64,000 bases of DNA. Origin: Octopus bimaculoides (Eukaryota). Each line of letters opens with the position of its first letter. Position 1 is the first letter of the stretch. The DNA is taken from positions 118,347,656 through 118,411,655 of the forward strand of contig NC_068985.1 in assembly GCF_001194135.2 (NCBI RefSeq), given 5' to 3'. Shown in pieces: positions 24,579-37,209 of the stretch. The translations under genes and the position numbers were made by a program. The notes under the pieces are model-generated. The model was not told where the DNA came from, ran no database searches, and saw nothing but the letters and a program-made list of their open reading frames with translations.

Positions 24579-24649
24579 TGCATCGGCCGGGAATCGAACC
24601 CGGGCCGCCCGCGTGGCAGGCGAGCATTCTACCACTGAACCACCGATGC
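24579..24649 (-). tRNA. tRNA-Gly(GCC)
   Basis: 71 nt GCATCGGTGGTTCAGTGGTAGAATGCTCGCCTGCCACGCGGGCGGCCCGGGTTCGATTCCCGGCCGATGCA; full cloverleaf, anticodon GCC, poly-T terminator about 8 nt downstream (A-run 24562-24571 on +). Confidence 0.98.
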
Positions 24650-25057
24650 TCACACGATAAAGATGCTTATTTAAGTGATACATTATTTATAAATGGATTC
24701 TTAGTTTGGAACTGAATATTTGAATAAACCAACCAACCGACAAACAAACAAACAATCAAATAAATGAATGAATGAATGAATAAATCAATAAATAAATAAA
24801 TATTTGATAAACATATTTAGAACCCAAAAGAAAGTAATGATTTCATTGCATCAAACGGCAACAAGACCTGGTCCGCACGCATGGCAGCAGGCATTCCACA
24901 AATAAACTCTTGGTACATATGTCTTCCTATAATTGTTTCTACTTTAGGTACAAAGCCTTAAATTTTAAGAGTAGGATACGAGTCGACAAAATCGACCCCA
25001 TTACCTGACAAATATTCTATTTTATCATCTCCAGAGGAATGCTAGATACAATCTCCC

Positions 25058-25306
25058 GGTACTACTAAAGCAGCGCGGACCCGAACGCGCAGTCGCGCGT
25101 CCGCACAAGCTAGTCTTGAGTGGTCGATCCTAACCCTAACCCTAACCCTAACCCTGTCCCTAACCCTAACCCTAACCCTAACCCTATCCCTAACCCGCGT
25201 GTGCAAACGAATACGTGTTTAGGGTTAGGGTTAGGATCGACCACTCACGACTAGCTAGCGCGGACGCGCGACTGCGAGTTCAGGTCCGCGCTGCTTTAGT
25301 AGTATC
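25058..25306. mobile_element. Second GGTAC-TIR telomeric-repeat MITE, opposite orientation to 13887-14155
   Basis: TSD CAATCTCCC at 25049-25057 and 25307-25315; central spacer is the reverse complement of that in the first copy. Confidence 0.88.
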
Positions 25307-25803
25307 CAATCTCCCTTATGTTAAGATACTACTTATTAATGAATTTTCGCTAAATAATTTTATAGTCATTTGCTTTTCAAAAGATGAAAAAAATTTTTTT
25401 TTACTGCAGCGATTGCATGTCGGCTGTCAACGTTGTTGCTGCAGCCGTAAAATACTTACACTGTAGATTACTTTATGATGCTTAGCATATTCTTCACAGC
25501 TGAAGTACAACCTTACAGTTATGTCTTAACTCTCCCTAAGTATTTAATGATGATGAGAAAGAGAGTAAGTTATTCTTTGTTCGTATAGTAGTGTTTACCT
25601 TGGTGTTGTACAATGTTTACTTATAGGAGCGGGTCTGTGACTGTATCGTAAAAAGTTTGCTTCCCGAGCACATGATTCCGGATTCAGTCCCACCGTCTTT
25701 TTCTATAGCCGCGGGCCGACTAAAACCTTGTGGGTGGATTTGATAGACGGAAACCGAAAGAAACCCGTGTATAAGTGTGTGCGTGCGTGCGTGCGTGTGT
25801 GCA

Positions 25804-25850
<47 letters not shown>

Positions 25851-26959
25851 GTTTTTGCCCATTCCCCCACCGCTTGACAACCGGTTTTGGTGTGTTTACG
25901 TCCCTGTTAATTAGCGGTTCAGATTTATAGAATAAGAAACAAACTTTAAAAAAATNNNNNNNNNNNNNNNNNNNNNNNNNNNNNNNNNNNNNNNNNNNNN
26001 NNNNNNNNNNNNNNNNNNNNNNNNNNNNNNNNNNNNNNNNNNNNNNNNNNNNNNNNNNNNNNNNNNNNNNNNNNNNNNNNNNNNNNNNNNNNNNNNNNNN
26101 NNNNNNNNNNNNNNNNNNNNNNNNNNNNNNNNNNNNNNNNNNNNNNNNNNNNNNNNNNNNNNNNNNNNNNNNNNNNNNNNNNNNNNNNNNNNNNNNNNNN
26201 NNNNNNNNNNNNNNNNNNNNNNNNNNNNNNNNNNNNNNNNNNNNNNNNNNNNNNNNNNNNNNNNNNNNNNNNNNNNNNNNNNNNNNNNNNNNNNNNNNNN
26301 NNNNNNNNNNNNNNNNNNNNNNNNNNNNNNNNNNNNNNNNNNNNNNNNNNNNNNNNNNNNNNNNNNNNNNNNNNNNNNNNNNNNNNNNNNNNNNNNNNNN
26401 NNNNNNNNNNNNNNNNNNNNNNNNNNNNNNNNNNNNNNNNNNNNNNNNNNNNNNNNNNNNNNNNNNNNNNNNNNNNNNNNNNNNNNNNNNNNNNNNNNNN
26501 NNNNNNNNNNNNNNNNNNNNNNNNNNNNNNNNNNNNNNNNNNNNNNNNNNNNNNNNNNNNNNNNNNNNNNNNNNNNNNNNNNNNNNNNNNNNNNNNNNNN
26601 NNNNNNNNNNNNNNNNNNNNNNNNNNNNNNNNNNNNNNNNNNNNNNNNNNNNNNNNNNNNNNNNNNNNNNNNNNNNNNNNNNNNNNNNNNNNNNNNNNNN
26701 NNNNNNNNNNNNNNNNNNNNNNNNNNNNNNNNNNNNNNNNNNNNNNNNNNNNNNNNNNNNNNNNNNNNNNNNNNNNNNNNNNNNNNNNNNNNNNNNNNNN
26801 NNNNNNNNNNNNNNNNNNNNNNNNNNNNNNNNNNNNNNNNNNNNNNNNNNNNNNNNNNNNNNNNNNNNNNNNNNNNNNNNNNNNNNNNNNNNNNNNNNNN
26901 NNNNNNNNNNNNNNNNNNNNNNNNNNNNNNNNNNNNTGAATAAAATTAGTGCGGTTGTT

Positions 26960-27330
26960 TGTCAACCTACAGAATTGGTCCCTAGAGCAGTAAAAGAATG
27001 TTATTTTCTCGGACGAGTTATCCTTTACCTTATTTCCGACCACCGGCCGAATATACGTGTGGAGACAGCCAAAAGAAGCATTTGACCCAGAGTGTCTTCT
27101 CCCAACTGTTAAACATGGAGGAGGATCTGTGATGAACTGGGGGGGCTATATATTGGAAATCCGCCGGCCCAATAGTTTCCCTTCATGGCAGAATTAATAG
27201 TCAAGATCACTTAAGCATTTTATCTAATTAAATTCATTCTATGGTTGCGCAACTGTTTCAGGAGGGAAACGCAATCGTTCAGGGTGATAATGCACCAATT
27301 CACACAGCAAAAGTTGTTACTGAAAGACAA
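26960..27330 (+). mobile_element. Decayed Tc1-family transposase DDE fragment
   Basis: Frameshifted FSDE..FTLFPTTGRIYVWRQPKEAFDPECLLPTVKHGGGSVM.WG ... QGDNAPIHTAK. Confidence 0.8.
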
Positions 27331-28963
27331 TAATTACAACGCCATATGCCCTACGCGGAGTAGATGGAACAGGGACAACTGAAGAAGGGAAATATTCTTT
27401 ATGTTGCATGTCTCGTTTCTCTGTTTGTTTTTTGTTTTTTTTCGTTGTTCGAAAAAAAGTTTGTTTTCTGTCTTCGTCTTTATGTTTTCATTTCTCATTG
27501 TGTTTAACGATTTTTGGGTACACGTCATGTACCCAGTTATGTATCTATATGTACATGTAGATGAACGTATATACATACATGTACATATATATGCATATAC
27601 TCATATATTGTTTATATATATATATATGTATAGNNNNNNNNNNNNNNNNNNNNNNNNNNNNNNNNNNNNNNNNNNNNNNNNNNNNNNNNNNNNNNNNNNN
27701 NNNNNNNNNNNNNNNNNNNNNNNNNNNNNNNNNNNNNNNNNNNNNNNNNNNNNNNNNNNNNNNNNNNNNNNNNNNNNNNNNNNNNNNNNNNNNNNNNNNN
27801 NNNNNNNNNNNNNNNNNNNNNNNNNNNNNNNNNNNNNNNNNNNNNNNNNNNNNNNNNNNNNNNNNNNNNNNNNNNNNNNNNNNNNNNNNNNNNNNNNNNN
27901 NNNNNNNNNNNNNNNNNNNNNNNNNNNNNNNNNNNNNNNNNNNNNNNNNNNNNNNNNNNNNNNNNNNNNNNNNNNNNNNNNNNNNNNNNNNNNNNNNNNN
28001 NNNNNNNNNNNNNNNNNNNNNNNNNNNNNNNNNNNNNNNNNNNNNNNNNNNNNNNNNNNNNNNNNNNNNNNNNNNNNNNNNNNNNNNNNNNNNNNNNNNN
28101 NNNNNNNNNNNNNNNNNNNNNNNNNNNNNNNNNNNNNNNNNNNNNNNNNNNNNNNNNNNNNNNNNNNNNNNNNNNNNNNNNNNNNNNNNNNNNNNNNNNN
28201 NNNNNNNNNNNNNNNNNNNNNNNNNNNNNNNNNNNNNNNNNNNNNNNNNNNNNNNNNNNNNNNNNNNNNNNNNNNNNNNNNNNNNNNNNNNNNNNNNNNN
28301 NNNNNNNNNNNNNNNNNNNNNNNNNNNNNNNNNNNNNNNNNNNNNNNNNNNNNNNNNNNNNNNNNNNNNNNNNNNNNNNNNNNNNNNNNNNNNNNNNNNN
28401 NNNNNNNNNNNNNNNNNNNNNNNNNNNNNNNNNNNNNNNNNNNNNNNNNNNNNNNNNNNNNNNNNNNNNNNNNNNNNNNNNNNNNNNNNNNNNNNNNNNN
28501 NNNNNNNNNNNNNNNNNNNNNNNNNNNNNNNNNNNNNNNNNNNNNNNNNNNNNNNNNNNNNNNNNNNNNNNNNNNNNNNNTACACGTCATGTACCCAGTT
28601 ATGTATCTATATGTACATGTAGATGAACGTATATACATACATGTACATATATATGCATATACTCATATATTGTTTATATATATATATATGTATAGGCAAT
28701 CCTTCGGAAATGGTCTCTCAAGACTGAAATTATTCGGCAATTTCCGAAAAAATTTCTACTTCAATAATCTTCAGCCGAATAGTAAAAAACAAGGCCGCGT
28801 GTCGTGCACACATACACGCACTAACACACACAAACACAAACACGCGCGAACACACGCACACATACGCGCGCGCGCGTACCCTCATTGTCATTCATGTCCA
28901 CTCGGAAGTTGAACAGTGAAACACACTCCAACATACACTCGCACAGACACTCTCACACACACA

Positions 28964-29854
28964 TACGTCTAATAAATAAGTATCCGGACTGTTAACATAC
29001 TAACGAAGCTAAACTAAAGCACGCAATGTGAAGCCGCTTGGCACAGATTCACCTTAAACACTGCTGTGCATGTGCACTAAGTTTTAACGTTGTAGCTCAC
29101 TTTCGCTCTTTAAAGTAGTGCTTGGAAGGAAGGTGTATAATGTGTGATCGTCGCATCGACCATGCCAGAGAAAGCTGAGCAGAGAATCTGTATCAAATTT
29201 TGCCAAAAGCTTGGCGATACTTGCTCAGAGCCCAACGCAAAGTTTTCAAGAAGTTTTCATCGTTCTCGACACAATCAGAATCATGTGCAACTGAAACCCC
29301 GAGTGTCTTTTTGGTCAGCTGAAAGCAGTTTTGGCACAAACTTGGTAGACATACGTCTCATACGCAAATCTTCGGTGATAATGGACTGAACTGAACCGTA
29401 ACTAATCTGCACATCCTCTGATAACTCACGGATGGTGATTCGACGATTTTCCCTCACAACTGCATGCACATCTGCGATGTCTTTCCCAGTTCTGCTGGTT
29501 GCGGGTCTCCCAGAACGTTCGTCAATATTGATATTTTTTTCGGAAGCATCTGAACCACTGGTACACTTGTGTGCGTCTCATACACCCCTCTCCATACACT
29601 TTCTGCAACTTTGCGTAGGCCTCTGAGCAGGTATCGTCATGTCAACTTTCTCTGTCATGGTCAATACGACGATCATACGCTACACACGTTCCTTTCAAAC
29701 ACTGCTGTAAATAGTAGAAGTGAACTAGAATGTTAAAACTTAGTGCGCATGCACAGCAGAGTTTAAGGTCGATTTTTCCCAAGCAGTTTTACTCTGCGTG
29801 CTTTAGTTTCGTTACTATGACAACAGTCCGGATACTTATTGATCAGACCTCGTA
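28964..29854. mobile_element. Mariner-derived element built from two opposed 5' ends
   Basis: Right TIR cagtccggatacttattgatcagacctcgTA, left TIR TAcgtctaataaataagtatccggactg. The transposase N-terminus reads inward from both ends (MPEKAEQRICIKFCQKLG on +; RRITIRELSEDVQISYGSVQSIITEDL..KFVPKLL on -). Confidence 0.8.
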
Positions 29855-31272
29855 CGCATATATATATATATACATACATACACATACATACATAAATATG
29901 TGTACGTATTTTGTTTTCACGAATCGCTTGCTTATGTATTTTTTGTGTATGTATGTATGTTTGTGTGTCTATACATGTATAGGTCCGTGTGTGAGATGAA
30001 AAAGCCTAAAGAAATTAAAAAAACTTTACGGAAATTGCAGAACAGTTCAGTTGTGTGAGACCATCTCTGGAGGTTCGCGTACATACACACACACACACAA
30101 CTGTGACTAATACTCATTTTCAGAGTAGTGGTCTGAAGCAGCAATCATTAGTCTGCGGCTAAGCTGGAGCACTGCCCTGAAAGGCTGTCAGCCGAACAAA
30201 TCGTCCCCAATACTTATTTTTTAAGTCTGGTACTTACCCTATTCGTTTCTTTGCCGAACGGCGGTTGTCGAGCACCGGTTGTTAAGCGGTTGGAGGGACA
30301 AACATAGACACAAACATAAAGATGCAAAGACTGACATAAATACATACGATGGACTTCCACATAAAAATAACAACCGAAAGACCTCGATTCTCACTAAAGT
30401 AGGGTTTTATTTAGGTTCTGCACAGTTAGAACCATCCGTGCTCTGTTAGACTGTTTATTGGGATCTTTCTGAGTTGACGGGCACCACTTTTCATTTATGT
30501 TTTATATAGTGTTTTTGGTACCGAAACACTTTCAAACTTCATATACTTGTATATTTTGTGTTATAGAACAGATAAAAAATTTTGTATTCGAAGTTATTTC
30601 ATGTAAAAAATTGTCGTGTGATTTTATTGGTGTTAATAAGTTTAGTTTCGTCGGGTATGAAAAAATCCTAATAGTTTTGGCCATTTTCGAGGGAGTAATA
30701 AAATAATAGACGGCGCAAGTAAAAGAGAAGTGATGAGGTTACAATGTAGGGCTATGATGTTCAAGAGATTANNNNNNNNNNNNNNNNNNNNNNNNNNNNN
30801 NNNNNNNNNNNNNNNNNNNNNNNNNNNNNNNNNNNNNNNNNNNNNNNNNNNNNNNNNNNNNNNNNNNNNNNNNNNNNNNNNNNNNNNNNNNNNNNNNNNN
30901 NNNNNNNNNNNNNNNNNNNNNNNNNNNNNNNNNNNNNNNNNNNNNNNNNNNNNNNNNNNNNNNNNNNNNNNNNNNNNNNNNNNNNNNNNNNNNNNNNNNN
31001 NNNNNNNNNNNNNNNNNNNNNNNNNNNNNNNNNNNNNNNNNNNNNNNNNNNNNNNNNNNNNNNNNNNNNNNNNNNNNNNNNNNNNNNNNNNNNNNNNNNN
31101 NNNNNNNNNNNNNNNNNNNNNNNNNNNNNNNNNNNNNNNNNNNNNNNNNNNNNNNNNNNNNNNNNNNNNNNNNNNNNNNNNNNNNNNNNNNNNNNNNNNN
31201 NNNNNNNNNNNNNNNNNNNNNNNNNNNNNNNNNNNNNNNNNNNNNNNNNNNNNNNNNNNNNNNNNNNNNNNN

Positions 31273-32400
31273 ATCTCAAACGTCACAGGCTGGGAGAGAT
31301 AGTTCATTGTCAGGTCCCGATAATTCAGGGTTTTCTTTCGTTCGGCTACGGAAGCAGTGACATCCCCCATTAACTGCAACATCCAGGATGTGGGAGAGAG
31401 TAAAGGAGTCGCAGACTGGCGTCCTAAATTAGGCAACTACCTTTAACCCAGGGACAGAGGGTAAGACTATCTGGTCTCTTTTCATCACTTCTGGATAACC
31501 CAGGAACCAGGGGGGGGGGGATATTAATCCGAGCTAGGCCCCGCTTAATGATTCGGTTTAGCTCGTGTGACGAGCGAAGCGACCAGCATTTAGGTGGTAA
31601 GACAGACCGTGAAAACCTGTGGGGCCGAGGGGCTTACCACAGCAGCACCTCAGTACCCTACGGTCGTCAGTTCCCACTCCGAGTACGATGGAGTGCGGAT
31701 TTCATCTAGACTGAGTAAACCTCCAATGTTGGCCACAAGCAGGGCATTGATTCAGTCCCCTGAGAATTTTGCACTCACTGAAAGTGGGTAACACCTTGAA
31801 AATTGATCAGATTGATCAAGGAGAGAATTGAAAGTGGCACCTGAACACAGATTGTCCCATACTCTCTGTTTCTATCTATCCTCCACTGTAACTGTAACTG
31901 ACAAACCCAGCTCTTTCCACTGTGGTAGAGCTTCATCAACCTCCCTGTAGGAATTAGTCTATGTTGGGGAGGAGAGGATGTTGCCTACCAAAGGAGAGCA
32001 AGCATGGATAGAGGGAAGAAAACAGAGAAGAGATAAAGACGTGTAAACCTAGACCCCCCAAACCGTTTGAGCAAAGCAGCTTAGTCGCGGGAGTCTGGGG
32101 TGAGTTTGACATTGATCAAGCATTTGAGTTTCTGAAGATTAGGTCGTCAAAGTATTGGAGGGACGCCAGGAATTTGTAAGAGGGACTAACTCTGAGAAAA
32201 TACAATAGCTTAGGATTTGACAAGTAATTCTTAAGTATAAAAAAAAACCTTGGTGGGGCTCAATTACTTCAAGGTTTTTAAAAAGTTGTTCGAGGTTAGC
32301 CATTTTTGATCTAAAGATGGATTCGAAAGCTAGGTCAGTAATTGGGGATCCAAGGGAGCACCACGCTGATGAAGGAGGATTTGCGATTGAGGGAACGGAG
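31273..32400 (-). mobile_element. Second, more decayed CRE-clade fragment (RT end plus endonuclease)
   Basis: NIGGLLSLDEIR, CCCGKPL..TGFHGLSYHLNAGRFARH, SDEKRPDSLTLCPW are homologous to 20194-20970; runs into the gap. Confidence 0.7.
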
Positions 32401-32961
32401 TCAACAAATAGTTTAGTAGTCTCTTTCTTTCCATTCGATTCATCGCTTGAGCTCGGTTTGTTGGAAGTGCTGATCGATCAGACAGCGTTATAACCCTGCA
32501 AAGTAGTATTCAGCTTTCACTGTCTCTGCTTTGAAACCATCTGATAACATAGTGATTATGGTGTAGGCTCTCGTGCTCTCGTTTATAAAAACGCATGTTG
32601 TCTCCTTGAACAAGTCACTTCATTTCACGTTGTTCCAATCTACTCAGTTGATTGTGCAGCTCTCTTTTCCTCCATCTCCCACATTTTGGACGTGACCTGG
32701 GTCTGTCAAAAATGAGGTGATCTCAGAGGATGTTTGTGACTACATAAGTACTTAAAACAACAAAAGCAAGGCACATTTTATTAACATATAACGCTTGCAA
32801 GTGACGGCTAGCTGAATTGTAAAACACACACACACACACACACGCACGCACACACAGAGGGTGATGGGAGTGAGGAGTACACACCTGTATTCTTGAAGAG
32901 CGCATAACTTGCCAGTGGCTTAAAAACCAACAAATTATCAATGGCTGAGAAATAGAAGGAA

Positions 32962-32994
<33 letters not shown>

Positions 32995-33647
32995 GATAGA
33001 GGGAGAGAGACAGAGAGAGAGAAGGGGGGACTGAACAGGTAAAAGTTGGAAGGATCTTTACTGTTTCCATTCTGTTATTATATTTACCGTGTTGTTATTA
33101 TTGTTGTTGGTATTTATTAATGTTATTTGTTTGTCATGAGATTGTCAACGATCACGCGATGCATTTTCCTTGTTTTGATGGCTTTTAATCCTCTATCTTT
33201 TCGTCTTGTGTAAGCCACACAAAAGATCTATGTAAGTGTGTATAATTATGTATATGCATGTGCGTGCGTGTGAATGTGTGTGTATGTATGCATGCATGCA
33301 TGCATGTATGTATGTATGTATGCATGTATGTATGTATTTAGGTGTGTGCGTGCGCATACGTTCTAGTTTGTTTAGGGATTATATATATATACGCATGTTA
33401 GTAATATTTATGCATTTTTCTCTCTCCCCTCTACCCCTCTCTCTCTCTCTCTCTCTCTCTTTGTAAACACGCACACACGCATACATACCAGATGCGTAAA
33501 TGGAGTAGATAGGTCAGGCGAGAAGTCATCCTCGGGCGTAGGTATAAAGGAGTGAGGGGTAGAATATCTTCTGGCTAATCATACTTGTTAATTAAGGTGG
33601 CGGGTAGCAAAAGTGTCTTTGCCCCAGAATACTGAGAACTCTAGCAA

Positions 33648-33691
<44 letters not shown>

Positions 33692-33707
33692 TTACTACTA
33701 CTTGCGT

Positions 33708-33761
<54 letters not shown>

Positions 33762-35008
33762 NNNNNNNNNNNNNNNNNNNNNNNNNNNNNNNNNNNNNNN
33801 NNNNNNNNNNNNNNNNNNNNNNNNNNNNNNNNNNNNNNNNNNNNNNNNNNNNNNNNNNNNNNNNNNNNNNNNNNNNNNNNNNNNNNNNNNNNNNNNNNNN
33901 NNNNNNNNNNNNNNNNNNNNNNNNNNNNNNNNNNNNNNNNNNNNNNNNNNNNNNNNNNNNNNNNNNNNNNNNNNNNNNNNNNNNNNNNNNNNNNNNNNNN
34001 NNNNNNNNNNNNNNNNNNNNNNNNNNNNNNNNNNNNNNNNNNNNNNNNNNNNNNNNNNNNNNNNNNNNNNNNNNNNNNNNNNNNNNNNNNNNNNNNNNNN
34101 NNNNNNNNNNNNNNNNNNNNNNNNNNNNNNNNNNNNNNNNNNNNNNNNNNNNNNNNNNNNNNNNNNNNNNNNNNNNNNNNNNNNNNNNNNNNNNNNNNNN
34201 NNNNNNNNNNNNNNNGTGGTGGTGGTGGTGGTGGTGGTGGTGGTGGTGGTGGTGGTTGTCGTCGTCTATATTGTTATTGTTCTTGTTATCGCAGCGGCAG
34301 GTTTATAATTATTCCGTCTCAGGGAAGAAAGTGATACACTTAATAGCTGTGAGTGATCTGACCAATATCACGAACATACTTAATATTTTGGTAAGCTTGC
34401 GGTTCTTTTTCATTTCCATTATTTTCACTTCCTTATTTTTCCTTATTCCGCTGTTAATTTTATTTTTCTCCACAATGATTAAGAAAAAATACTCGAGTCG
34501 TTGTCATAAACTTACCGTAAACGGGTTTTATTTTAGACTAACTTACTTGAAGATCTGATGCCTTTTTTTTCTACCTTTTTACTCCCAGATTTGAAAGAAA
34601 CTCAATTTTCTTTTCTTAAAGTTTATATCATTTCAGTGTCTTACACCTCACTTCACACGTCCTCACGTTGATGTTAAAGGCATTCGTCAATGTTGGCAAT
34701 ATCTTTGCATTTGCTTGTGCTATCTGCACATTTATATGCGATTCCTGGGCAAAACTTATTGTATAAGAATGGGACTTGCCCACGCACACTAGTCTCCCCA
34801 CTCTGTGCCATTAATGCTTATCACGGGGAAAGACAACTGATGTTTATCCCAGAGAAAGACCGTTGACACAGCTTTGCTCCAGCGTCCTGGCAGATATTGC
34901 TGTCAGAATGCAAAGAGCTGAAACAGACGCTGCAAGGTATCTCACCGGACCTTCTAACTGTTCTGCCGGTCCATCGCTCTGAATCGATTCATTTTTATTG
35001 ATCACACA

Positions 35009-35093
<85 letters not shown>

Positions 35094-36736
35094 AGGAAAA
35101 GTTGACTTGGGTGGTATTTGAACACCGGACGAAGGGAATTGAAACAAATACCAAGGGACATTCTATCCAATTAGCCAACACTGCAACGACTTAATCCATT
35201 GTCTCATATTGGTCAGATCCCTTTGATTTTTTATGAATATCAAGACCAAGGTCTTCCACGGTAGAGCGTAGCAATATTTTGGTGGGGGTCTAGATTACTT
35301 TAGAACACGGCATAAATAAATAACAAGTGTATAAAGAATATGTAAGTACTAATATTCTTGATTAAGTATATTCTTTATTTCGCTCTCTGTTTCTGTCTGC
35401 CTGTCTCTCTGACGATGGTATAGCTGGCTTACGTGGAAATCTTTACTCAAATAGTATTATGATCCACATGCTTAGTTGTTCTAGAAACAGCTGTAAGGGA
35501 CTTTACGTATTTACTATAACAACTTTATAATATGTTTAAACTATGTTTAAATTATTGATTGAAGGCTGTAAAGTGATACTACATGTTTTGCTTGTTTATC
35601 CACTGTCTCTGACGAGCTGGCAAAATCGTTAGTATGCTGTACAAAATGCTTAGCGGCATTCCGTCCGTCTTCATAAAAATGCAACAAGAACAACAATTGC
35701 AATGGTTCTGATTGTAGCACCTCCAATATCATGATTTGCAATAACAACAAAGATAACAGCAACAGCAACAACAAATCTTTTAAGGAGCTTTTACGTAGAC
35801 GTTCCAGCTCCTAGTTAGAAATAACAGTCAAATTAATCTCACGTCTTTAAATATGGGAAGGGCACATTCGATAACGTCGACGTGTATACTCTTAAAAAAA
35901 AAGGCAGAATAGTTACGGTTGGAACGTCTTTGATCATACATAGGTCTGTTCAGTCAGGGCTGATCTGCAGCGAACCTGCTGCTAATCAGTATCATCAACG
36001 ACAACGACGAAGGACCTTCTATGCTTGAAATGGCTACTCGACTTGTTTTCTTTTTAGTTAAGTATTCCAGGTCCCTTTTCCCAACCTTGTAGTCTCCACC
36101 ACTACCTGCGTCCCCCACCGGACAAAGTAATGCACTGGGGCACCGACATACGCAACTTACATGTTTGCCGCAAATACATATATAATTTTTAGGCCCTGCT
36201 CCCGTGAGACCTCTGGACAAATGCTCCAAAGACGGCATTGAAGTAGTTTTGTGCAATTATCATCGGAAGGAGAAGTGAACAAACCTGAAGAAGTGTTAAA
36301 TCTCAATGAAATCGGTTGGTTTGATCCTCGTACCAAACTGCTGCAAGCCACCTCATGGGCTTGATTTTACATTGAAACTAAATGCATATGGAAATGAGTA
36401 TGTATATTTACTTTTCTTTCTCACAGCATATATACTTCACTGTATAATTCTGGGATGTGAAGCGCAGGTTATAGCACAATTTCTACAAATGTCGTGCTCA
36501 CTATCATTTAGATATAACGATAGCTACATCGAGATGTCTTTGGTAGTGTCATGAAGCATCTCAGTTATTTGTATTTAATATCTGGAATATTTTCTGGTTG
36601 TACACTGTATTTATATGTAGTGAAAATTATCCATTGAATAGTTTCTTATTTATAATGTCTTAATGAATAATTACAGATGGGTATTTTATAAATTTGTGTG
36701 TGCGTGTGTGTGTGTGTGTGTGCGCGTGTGTGTGTG

Positions 36737-36771
<35 letters not shown>

Positions 36772-37209
36772 ATTCAAATACAAATTAGAAGCAGCTCGAG
36801 ATATATAAACAAAAGCGAACACACATACACAAGATGTGTCTGCTGTTAGATTGTGGGTCGGTTGCGTTTTCGACGTAAGAGAATACTTTCTCAAGATGCC
36901 TGGTGTAGAAAACACCTGAAAGCAAGTCATAGGAAAGCGAGACAATTCGTATAAGGTTCCTTCTCGGACCGACAGACATCGATGTTTCGTCATTGTTGTG
37001 ACTTTTCAATGTCGCATACCGAACATGGCCCGCTGCAAGTTATATCGTCGGCTATGACAATATGCTAAATGGTTTAGGAACCATCTGCTGGCATGTCCCA
37101 GCATTTCATGCCATACATATACTCACATACACATATGCACATACATACATATCCACATACACATGCACACACATATGCACATACACATATATATGTACTT
37201 ATATTTATA

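Noticed and set aside
27519-28694. Identical ~114-bp sequence on both sides of a 947-N gap
   Set aside because: Typical unmerged contig overlap; probably an assembly artefact rather than a real direct repeat.
36157-36351. Minus frame FNTSSGLFTSP resembling a C1q motif
   Set aside because: Only about 11 residues are similar; flanking C1q strands and splice sites are not evident.
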